Part shown: positions 57,540-64,000 of the stretch, piece after piece
Layout: each line of letters begins with the position of its first letter
Position numbering within the stretch: position 1 is the stretch's first letter
NCBI GenBank assembly: GCA_938041505.1
Contig: CALITC010000010.1
Location: forward strand, 576 to 64,575
Direction: 5' to 3'
DNA from: an uncultured Patescibacteria group bacterium
GTDB taxonomy: Bacteria; Patescibacteriota; JACMRA01
Length of the DNA: 64,000 bases
Notes under the pieces: model-generated
Told to the model about the DNA's origin: nothing
What the model saw: the letters and a program-made list of their open reading frames with translations, nothing else
The model's database searches: none
Translations under genes and position numbers: made by a program

Positions 57540-58982
57540 TTAAGCTAGCTTCTCTCGCAATAATTCACTGAACCTTTTTGGATTTCCTTGGCCTTTGCTA
57601 GCTTTCATGCACTGCCCTACTAAAAAGCCAATTACTTGAACCTTACCCGACTTATACTCTTCGACGACACTTGGGTTGTTGTTAATCGCATCATCTACAA
57701 ACCCTGCCAAAGCACCGTCATCGGTTACTTGAAGAAGATTATTTTTAACTACAATCTGCTCAACAGTGTCGCTAGAATCTACTTTGATTTCGACAATTTT
57801 GGCTACACCTTGATTGGAAATTTTTTCTTCAGCAAACAAACTAGCAACTTCTATAATCTCTTGGGCGTTTAAGATTGTTTCTGGGGCAACTTCTTTCTTG
57901 GTTGCAACACCAATAATGTTGGAGGTTATGAGATTGGCGACAGTCTTTGTTAGTTTGGGATTGATAGCCTGAGTTGAAGCAAATAGCTTACCGAGAGCTG
58001 GCTGATTTACCAACGTGTTAGCCGCTTGTAAATTGAGACCTAGGGACAAATATTCTTCACGCTCTACAGAAGGAAGCTTAGGAAGGTCTGTAGGCATGTT
58101 GCTCTCGTCAATCTCCAATATCTGCAGATCTGGCTCCGGAAAATACCGATAGTCCATCGCATCTTCTTTGGACCTTTGGCTTTCGGACCTGTTGAGGTCG
58201 TCTTTCCAACCGCGGGTTTCTTGTGTCGGTCTAGTACCCTCATCTAATAACTTAGACTGACGACTAATCTCGTACTCAATAGCCCTACCAAGGGAGCGGA
58301 CTGAGTTGATATTCTTGGTTTCGGTTCGGTAATCCGGAAGAGTTCCAGCAGTGTGCTGCTCTTCGTTCTGGAGAGATACATTGCAGTCAAATCTCATCTG
58401 ACCTTTGTCCATATCTGCGTCAGAGATTCCAAGTCGACGTACCAGGAGTTGTAGCTCATTAACAAAAGCCATCGCTTCGACGCTCGAGTGAATAACCGGT
58501 TCGGTCACAATCTCGACAAGCGGGGCTCCTGAACGATTAAAATCTACGTACGTTTTACCGTTGGAGTGGAGTAATTTGGCCGCATCAGATTCGAGATGTG
58601 CTCTGGTAAGTTCTACTGATCCTGGTGTGAATTCGCCACTTTTTTTGTCTTCAATATAAAAATCTATCTGACCGCCTTCCACAATCGGGTTGTCATACTG
58701 AGAGATTTGATACCCGGTTGGAAGATCTGGATAAAAATAGTTTTTGCGATCCCATCTAGTTTGCTTGGGTATGGTTGCACCCACTGCTTTTCCAAATGTA
58801 ATTGCCTTGAGAACCGCTTCTTTGTTGAGCACTGGTAATGCTCCAGGCTGCCCAGTACAAAACGGACAAATATTCTTGTTTGGATCATTCGGGGCGTATT
58901 CGTTGAGACAATGACAAAATAACTTAGTCTTGGTGTTAAGCTGTACGTGGATTTCTAATCCTATCACGGGATAGTAAGTCAT
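57540..58982 (-). CDS. gatB: Asp-tRNA(Asn)/Glu-tRNA(Gln) amidotransferase subunit B
   Basis: YYPVIGLEIHVQLNTKTKLFC.., ..NRSGAPLVEIVTEP.., and a C-terminal YqeY-like domain. No gatA or gatC is adjacent. Confidence 0.9.
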   Translation of the reverse strand: MTYYPVIGLEIHVQLNTKTKLFCHCLNEYAPNDPNKNICPFCTGQPGALPVLNKEAVLKAITFGKAVGATIPKQTRWDRKNYFYPDLPTGYQISQYDNPIVEGGQIDFYIEDKKSGEFTPGSVELTRAHLESDAAKLLHSNGKTYVDFNRSGAPLVEIVTEPVIHSSVEAMAFVNELQLLVRRLGISDADMDKGQMRFDCNVSLQNEEQHTAGTLPDYRTETKNINSVRSLGRAIEYEISRQSKLLDEGTRPTQETRGWKDDLNRSESQRSKEDAMDYRYFPEPDLQILEIDESNMPTDLPKLPSVEREEYLSLGLNLQAANTLVNQPALGKLFASTQAINPKLTKTVANLITSNIIGVATKKEVAPETILNAQEIIEVASLFAEEKISNQGVAKIVEIKVDSSDTVEQIVVKNNLLQVTDDGALAGFVDDAINNNPSVVEEYKSGKVQVIGFLVGQCMKASKGQGNPKRFSELLREKLA

Positions 58983-59030
58983 AAATAGATTGTATAAGCT
59001 GGCAGTATTTTAGCTTCGTTTAACCAAAAT

Positions 59031-59042
59031 TGTCAATTGACA
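59031..59042. promoter_or_regulatory. Palindromic TGTCAATTGACA providing back-to-back -35 boxes for the divergent genes
   Basis: Perfect 12-bp palindrome. On the plus strand, TTGACA-17 nt-AACTAT ends 9 nt before ATG 59075. On the minus strand, TTGACA-18 nt-TAAAAT lies upstream of gatB. Confidence 0.45.
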
Positions 59043-59074
59043 TATTTGCTCCAATATCTAACTATATTCCTTAT

Positions 59075-60085
59075 ATGTCCAAAGATTTGTACCCTGACGC
59101 TCGACTAGACACTACTGATCGAGCAATTTTGCGCGAAGAATTTGTAGACTTCGGCGATATGTGGAATACCACCACTCATCTTATTAAGAATTCCTGGAAA
59201 CCATTTTTGTGGAAATCTGTCCTTGCAAAATTCTTACTCATCATCGCTGGTTTTATTGGCGCTGGTATCTTACTTGCTCCGATAGCTCAAGGCTTTGTAG
59301 AAAATATTGAATTTGGATATGACGGGACTACTTATTCGCTGACTGAATTTGCAGAATTTTTTGAATCGATCGAAGGAGATGAACCCATCGACTCTAATGA
59401 AATCACTTTGAATACCGACCAAGTTGAGAAGTTTCTCGATCAAAACGGTAGCCAAGCCCTTATTGCTATCGGCGTGACAAGTATTGTGGCAGCTGGTATT
59501 GGGTTGATCATGGCCTTACTCAATATCCGTATTGTAAAATTATTCATGAACAAAGAAGAGGAAGGTCTTTTGAAGTTCGATAAGAGCACCTGGCTAGCAC
59601 TACTTAAGATCGTCGTAGTTATGTTTGTTTTTGGAATCCTTGCTGGAATCGCCAGAGGTGTTTTTGAAGCAGTCACTAATAGCAGCTTTGTACTGACTTT
59701 CCTCAACCAGCTGATTAATTTTATATTTTATAGCTTCTTTGGTCTCTTTAGCTTCTTCATTATTCTTGATAAGACTGGGGTTGTGCAATCGATCAAGCAA
59801 TCCTTTCAGAGTATGAACGATGTATATTGGAAGAACGTACTTCGCTGGTTAATGTACCAATTCGTATATTTTGCCGCCTTTATTGTGCTGATGGTTGTAT
59901 GTTTCTTGTTGCTGATTGTGCTTTCTGTTGTGATTACCACTAGCAGCGCCCTACTAAGTTTCGTATTCATTACTGGCCCAGTCTTCTTGATTTACTTTGT
60001 AGGATCTTTGCTACTAGAAACATTCTACCTTAGTTTTAATACAGTCTCTTACTACAATATCCTGCACATAACCGATGTAGAATAG
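59075..60085 (+). CDS. Hypothetical polytopic membrane protein
   Basis: ATG 59075 (MSKDLYPDARL..), about 6 TM segments. Confidence 0.5.
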   Translation: MSKDLYPDARLDTTDRAILREEFVDFGDMWNTTTHLIKNSWKPFLWKSVLAKFLLIIAGFIGAGILLAPIAQGFVENIEFGYDGTTYSLTEFAEFFESIEGDEPIDSNEITLNTDQVEKFLDQNGSQALIAIGVTSIVAAGIGLIMALLNIRIVKLFMNKEEEGLLKFDKSTWLALLKIVVVMFVFGILAGIARGVFEAVTNSSFVLTFLNQLINFIFYSFFGLFSFFIILDKTGVVQSIKQSFQSMNDVYWKNVLRWLMYQFVYFAAFIVLMVVCFLLLIVLSVVITTSSALLSFVFITGPVFLIYFVGSLLLETFYLSFNTVSYYNILHITDVE

Positions 60086-60229
60086 AAAAGGAATGAAAGG
60101 TGTTGATTTTGGTTTGATTTGCAAAGTTCAATCGCTTGAGGTGTTACTGACAAGCTTTGGGGAATATTGACAATAAACTTTTAATGTGTTTTAATTTGAT
60201 GTATTCAATACTGAAAACGGAGAACTTAA

Positions 60230-60598
60230 TTGAGTCAACTACACAAATCACAAATTGCTGATAGGTTTGGGGAACTTCTAAAGGAAGCAACCTCGAGAAC
60301 TGAGGATGTTTATATCCCTGGACTTGGAGGCGGCGCTTTTAATCTTGTCGTGAAGTATATGTTTTGCTTGCAGAAGGACACTCTATGGACACTGATAGAA
60401 GAATGTATCAACGCACAAGACAAAGGTACTATATTTGAAAAAAAGCTCAAAGAGCAAGTAAGTGGAAATGTGGATAGGAATTTTTATGTTCCTGGTATCG
60501 GCAATAGATCTTTTGAACAAGTACTAAAACATATGCACTCTCTTGATAAAGAGCGGCTGTGGGAAATTTTAAGAAAATCTTGCCTAGGGACGTCTTAA
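60230..60598 (+). CDS. Small protein made of two homologous halves, each with a helix-hairpin-helix-like PG(L/I)G motif
   Basis: VYIPGLGGGAFNLVVKYMFCLQKDTLWTLIEECI compares with FYVPGIGNRSFEQVLKHMHSLDKERLWEILRKSC. TTG start with GGAG upstream. Confidence 0.4.
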   Translation: MSQLHKSQIADRFGELLKEATSRTEDVYIPGLGGGAFNLVVKYMFCLQKDTLWTLIEECINAQDKGTIFEKKLKEQVSGNVDRNFYVPGIGNRSFEQVLKHMHSLDKERLWEILRKSCLGTS

Positions 60599-60629
60599 AA
60601 TAAAACAAAGTTGTTGAAAAACCACCTTG

Positions 60630-60660
60630 ATCTGTTACGGAATAAGTAACAGATTTTTTG
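60630..60660 (+). terminator. Strong rho-independent terminator
   Basis: 9-bp stem ATCTGTTAC / GTAACAGAT followed by a T6 run. Confidence 0.75.
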
Positions 60661-60725
60661 CACAAAAAAAAACACCGAATACTGAGTAAACGATGTTCGT
60701 CGAATCTAATGAAAGCACTTTCTAA

Positions 60726-61412
60726 CTAGTTTGGTATTTCTGGTGCTTGACCTCCAAAAATTTCTTCACTGGTTAAACCTATTTCCGCAAACTGTTGCCA
60801 GTGCTGCCTAGCTAGCTCAATCGCTTCACTTCTGAAGCAAGTGAGCGTCTCGTCGGAGTAGGTCCCTCCATACTCAACATACACATCCCTCCATTTTGTC
60901 ACTGGCATGCACATGATTTTTTCTGGTGACTTGGCCTTAGTTGCTTCTGGCAAAACCCGTGCAAGCTGGTCTTTAGTTAGTCGTGTCGGGTTAAGCTTTG
61001 CTCCAGGAGGGTCAGTAAAACACCCTTCCGTATATGTGAGTCTAAAGCTGGGAGTAAATGTTATTTTATCTCCTTCAATAGTCTCAGAGAACTTGATCAT
61101 TGCCTTATCAAAGACAGTGATTACGTGCTCTTGCTCAAGGACAAATTTACGAAATATCCCGAAACCTTTTCCATAGTAAAACTTTTTACTAGTAGGAATC
61201 CCTAAGCTGACGACCGCATATTCGCCTGGCTTTAGATCGATGTATGGATCTAAATACCCCAAGTGATCGGGCAATGTTTGCTTGTGATTAAGGATAATCA
61301 CGTCGCGGTCGATAGACTTAAATAAATAAGTCCATTCTTGGACAGAAAGTTCGTTGTCGGCAGGTTTGTTTTCATCAATAAATTGTTGTAATCCAGAAGA
61401 ATAGTTAGTCAT
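60726..61412 (-). CDS. Hypothetical protein
   Basis: 228-codon ATG ORF, no recognised motif. Confidence 0.5.
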   Translation of the reverse strand: MTNYSSGLQQFIDENKPADNELSVQEWTYLFKSIDRDVIILNHKQTLPDHLGYLDPYIDLKPGEYAVVSLGIPTSKKFYYGKGFGIFRKFVLEQEHVITVFDKAMIKFSETIEGDKITFTPSFRLTYTEGCFTDPPGAKLNPTRLTKDQLARVLPEATKAKSPEKIMCMPVTKWRDVYVEYGGTYSDETLTCFRSEAIELARQHWQQFAEIGLTSEEIFGGQAPEIPN

Positions 61413-61687
61413 TTTTTTAATTTCCTAGTTTTTTATATAGGGCATACGCTATCAAAAAGATATCGAACCCATCCCCGTAGGGGAACTAACAACAAGAATG
61501 GTATGTAATGACTTACTCTAAGAACTCTAACCTATTTAGATAATACCATGTTTTTATAGTATTGTCAATACAATTTACTCACCTATCCCTGCTCTGCATC
61601 GAGAGTATCTAAAAAACTCTTCGAAACTTTTAACTTTTGTAATTGAAGTTGACCCGTCCCTATGGACAAGGATTTAGACTCTCCCAG

Positions 61688-61724
61688 TTATAAAAAATAG
61701 CCAACTGATAATCCCCAGCTGGCT
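61688..61724 (-). terminator. Rho-independent terminator of the small membrane ORF
   Basis: On the minus strand, AGCCAGCTG..CAGTTGGCT (one mismatch) followed by ATTTTTTAT. Confidence 0.55.
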
Positions 61725-61755
61725 TTAATACTGTCATTCTTATACTTGTATTGAC

Positions 61756-61929
61756 TTATCTCTCCCTGTCCATGCAATTAGCATAGGAAGAGAAATCTTC
61801 AGTTAATACCTTATTGTGAGAATTAGTTACAGCCACAGTTAAAACAGTCATGGTTTTCAGGACGATCATTATCGCACTTGCCGTTATAGTGGAGCTTAAA
61901 ACGGAAAGCACCACAATAACTACACTCAT
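61756..61929 (-). CDS. 57-aa hydrophobic small protein (MSVVIVVLSVLSSTITASAIMIVLKTMTVLTVAVTNSHNKV..)
   Basis: GGAGG lies 4 nt upstream of ATG 61929. The unit has its own terminator. Confidence 0.4.
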   Translation of the reverse strand: MSVVIVVLSVLSSTITASAIMIVLKTMTVLTVAVTNSHNKVLTEDFSSYANCMDRER

Positions 61930-61973
61930 CAACACCTCCATCTTAGGTTTTTAGGAATCGATTATTTAATGGC

Positions 61974-62012
61974 AGATCTGAGTCCAAAACGATCTCAGAT
62001 CTCTTTTGTTTT
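61974..62012 (+). terminator. Plus-strand-oriented hairpin terminator with no annotated plus-strand gene upstream
   Basis: 9-bp stem AGATCTGAG (61974-61982) / CTCAGATCT (61994-62002), followed by CTTTTGTTTT on the plus strand only. Confidence 0.45.
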
Positions 62013-62126
62013 AGCGGCAAAAACTTCTATTATGTCAACGCTGTCTAATAAGTGTTTAAATAAATCATTTTTTAGATAAATGGGTATTTTATCGTTTAGT
62101 ATATTTTATACATTTTGTCAATAATA

Positions 62127-62164
62127 TTTTAAGAAATATACCAGAACTAAAAGTAGCCTGGTAT
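62127..62164 (-). terminator. Hairpin terminator downstream of 62210-62794
   Basis: On the minus strand, ATACCAG..CTGGTAT followed by ATTTCTTAAAA. Confidence 0.4.
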
Positions 62165-62209
62165 TATGTTGTATTCTTTCCACTTTTCTTATTTAAAGAC
62201 GAAACCGAT

Positions 62210-62794
62210 TTATAGTTGGAAGCCACCATACAGCCTATGATGGTAAGATAGGATATCTCGCCAAGAGTATTTGTATAACCCTTCCATACCACCTTCGACA
62301 TTGGATGTTTCAAAAGCTAGCTCGTTTTTGCTCCAGTAATCTAAGCACTTGCGTAGATACCCTGAGTCGAATTGAGAGTACTTGTTAATTGGCTCTCTCT
62401 CACCCTGTGCTCCATCTGTAGGATAGGCTGTTGTCAACTCCCATTCTTCATTTGAATTTTTGAATATCCATATTTGAAGTATTGACGCAGGCATTGGATC
62501 TTCCAATGAAATCCTACTTAAATTCGGAGCTCCGGCTCTTCTTCCAAAGAGTACTTTATCATCGAAGCCAATTGGGTCGGATGATATTTTGCCTGATTTG
62601 CCCCACATTCCAAACTCATCTTGTAGATCAACAAGTAATCCTTGTTTTTTCTTGGTGAGGTCTGGAGTAATTTTTGTTGCTGCAGTTACGACCAACTCAT
62701 TAGTTATCTCTCGATGACGCTCAAGGTGGGCGACAGATTTTTCAGAAATAATAAGTTGTTGGTTGTTGGCAAAAGAGGCAGTTCCAGTTTTCAT
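62210..62794 (-). CDS. Hypothetical protein
   Basis: 194-codon ATG ORF, no recognised motif. Confidence 0.5.
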   Translation of the reverse strand: MKTGTASFANNQQLIISEKSVAHLERHREITNELVVTAATKITPDLTKKKQGLLVDLQDEFGMWGKSGKISSDPIGFDDKVLFGRRAGAPNLSRISLEDPMPASILQIWIFKNSNEEWELTTAYPTDGAQGEREPINKYSQFDSGYLRKCLDYWSKNELAFETSNVEGGMEGLYKYSWRDILSYHHRLYGGFQL

Positions 62795-62880
62795 ATTTAT
62801 ATTCTTTTATTTTGTTGTTTATGCCTTATATTTTTAATACAAGGTAGATTAACTACGAGAATCTATAGACAATCTACCTA

Positions 62881-62918
62881 GAATTAAATAAAATGAGGTT
62901 TTGCAAATACACAAAACC
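62881..62918 (-). terminator. Rho-independent terminator downstream of the 2H-like gene
   Basis: GGTTTTG (62897-62903) pairs with CAAAACC (62912-62918). The minus-strand tail is TCATTTTATTT. Confidence 0.55.
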
Positions 62919-62956
62919 TTACACGATGTAGTAAAATTCAAAAATAACTGTTTAAC

Positions 62957-63373
62957 CTAATCTTGATCCTCCCACTCTAAGAATTCAACTGTAAGCTCAA
63001 TCTCCGTCGGTTGAAATTTAATAGTTGAGTAGTCTCCAGTCAACATTTCGTTGGACTTGAAGGGTGCGACTCCTTCCGCCATTGCCCATGTGAGATGGGG
63101 TTTATCGTTTGAAGAATCTATTCCAGACCCCTTTAATGTTACCGGAATAGCGGCAATTTCATCATTGTAGCAAAACTTGCCCACTACAAGAGAAACATTC
63201 TGTCCTCGCAATTCTTCGTAGTCTTTTAAGACTACTCCAAATTACATGGTCACATGGAGATGGTTTGGTCTTGCATTAAGACCTTCGGTTATGTGTATTA
63301 GCTTCTCCAGCTCGGCTTTGGAAGACTCGCTAAGAGCTGCCCACACAATTCCTTTTCCATTTTTAATACCCAT
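62957..63373 (-). pseudogene. Small 2H-phosphoesterase-like gene (two HxT motifs) interrupted by an in-frame TAA
   Basis: The gene reads MGIKNGKGIVWAALSESSKAELEKLIHITEGLNARPNHLHVTM, then TAA (63244-63242), then FGVVLKDYEELRGQNVSLVVGKFCY..SNDKPHLTWAMAEG... The HVTM and HLTW tetrads fit the H-x-T/S-x pair of the 2H superfamily, and both halves share one frame. Confidence 0.5.
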
Positions 63374-63431
63374 GATTTTTTATCCGTATTTTGTAAGTGA
63401 AACTATCAGGCTTGAGTGCCTTGACTTCTAT

Positions 63432-63460
63432 ATCATACCATTTATTTGTGCTTTTGTTAA
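63432..63460 (-). promoter_or_regulatory. Promoter of the 2H-like gene
   Basis: On the minus strand, TTAACA-17 nt-TATGAT. Confidence 0.4.
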
Positions 63461-63571
63461 GTTTATTTTGTAAAGAACTTAACTAAGGGCATTTTCACAT
63501 GTGTCAATCAATTTGAAGAGGAATCAAAGGAATTTGACAGTTAGGCAATCACCATGGTCAGCAACCTTGCC

Positions 63572-63604
63572 AAAAAAATAATCGTATACATTTTGCATAC
63601 GATT
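63572..63604 (-). terminator. Strong rho-independent terminator
   Basis: On the minus strand, AATCGTAT-gcaaaatgt-ATACGATT followed by ATTTTTTT. Confidence 0.7.
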
Positions 63605-63633
63605 TTGAACTCTTGTTTTGGAGACACTTATAT

Positions 63634-64000
63634 TCAGACGAGCTTACTTACCCATTCGAAGTGCTCGTCAGTTATTACAGTGCCTACTTCTAAACCCATA
63701 ACCAACTCAGCTAGATGATCGATCAGACTAATGTAGGTCGAATGTTTGATTTCTTCCAAGAAATTATAGATCTTATCTTTTATTTCTCTTTCTTCCAAAT
63801 TTGGCTTAATATAGACTTGACTTTGATCGTTAATTACGACACATTGAGGACATATTTCTCCAGATTTGATCTTGGCAAATTGTTCGTCAAACTTCTTACC
63901 AACAGCCGCCACTGAGTAAATTAGATTTACTTGACGGAGTAATTTTTCAATATACGGCACTCCTTCGCTTTTGAAGCAGCAGAGAGTATTATCTATTGAG
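63634..64000 (-). CDS. Hypothetical protein, N-terminus beyond the window edge
   Basis: The frame stays open from 63634 to the right edge. It contains a single CPQC motif. Confidence 0.45.
   Translation of the reverse strand, partial: SIDNTLCCFKSEGVPYIEKLLRQVNLIYSVAAVGKKFDEQFAKIKSGEICPQCVVINDQSQVYIKPNLEEREIKDKIYNFLEEIKHSTYISLIDHLAELVMGLEVGTVITDEHFEWVSKLV

Noticed and set aside
61459-61470. GGGTTCGATATC on the minus strand resembling a tRNA T-loop
   Set aside because: No complementary T-stem, acceptor stem or anticodon arm can be drawn around it. It lies in the 5' leader region of 60726-61412.
61790-61900. Cysteine-rich alternative frame on the minus strand (..CSYCGAFRFKLHYNGKCDNDRPENHDCFNCGCN*) overlapping the 57-aa hydrophobic ORF
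   Set aside because: That frame has no ATG, GTG or TTG start between the upstream stop and the first Cys. The SD-ATG pair belongs to the hydrophobic frame. It would be worth revisiting only if a frameshift or sequencing error is found here.
1-64000. CRISPR arrays, rRNA, tRNA, tmRNA, IS elements or transposases
   Set aside because: Visual scanning of all intergenic regions longer than about 100 nt found no regularly spaced direct repeats, no T-loop/acceptor-stem pairs, no rRNA-like segments and no transposase-like ORFs. A tRNA or ncRNA scan with software should still be run.

Overview
This is a gene-dense, AT-rich (about 40% GC by eye) bacterial chromosomal window of roughly 60 protein genes that reads cleanly in the standard genetic code. 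It holds translation genes (trpS, serS, lysS, gatB, rsmA, sua5/tsaC) plus alaS and lepA ORFs that both lack their N-terminal catalytic domains. It also holds Gram-positive-type envelope genes: LCP, FemAB, UppP, a polyprenyl-phosphate sugar transferase, an O-antigen-ligase-like protein, an M23 peptidase with an FG-GAP propeller, and DUF4012. Other calls are gap, mscL, rhomboid, BI-1, an AI-2E transporter, a XerC/D recombinase and many orphan genes. The repertoire (PrgI-family protein, DUF4012, FemAB/LCP, almost no biosynthesis) suggests a Patescibacteria/CPR-like or other reduced-genome organism; this is inference only. By eye I found no rRNA, tRNA, CRISPR array, transposase or recognisable defence ATPase or nuclease, so no classical defence system can be claimed. 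The most notable observations are: (1) a Csc/WxL-like cell-surface gene cluster at 28179-33592 with a distant paralog at 40740; (2) three anomalies in translation genes, namely alaS reduced to its tRNA-recognition and editing domains, lepA without its GTPase domain, and lysS fused to a DUF2000-like C-terminal domain; (3) several decayed genes, including two ORF pairs that a single extra A in a poly(A) run would fuse, and in-frame TGA, TAA and TAG stops in three different genes, one of them a small 2H-phosphoesterase-like gene; (4) two small hydrophobic-peptide transcription units that resemble type I toxins; (5) a recurring promoter layout that places the -10 box 8-10 nt before the ATG, implying leaderless mRNAs; (6) a DnaA-box pair in an AT-rich divergent intergenic region. 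All family assignments come from motif recognition by eye and need HMM or BLAST confirmation.
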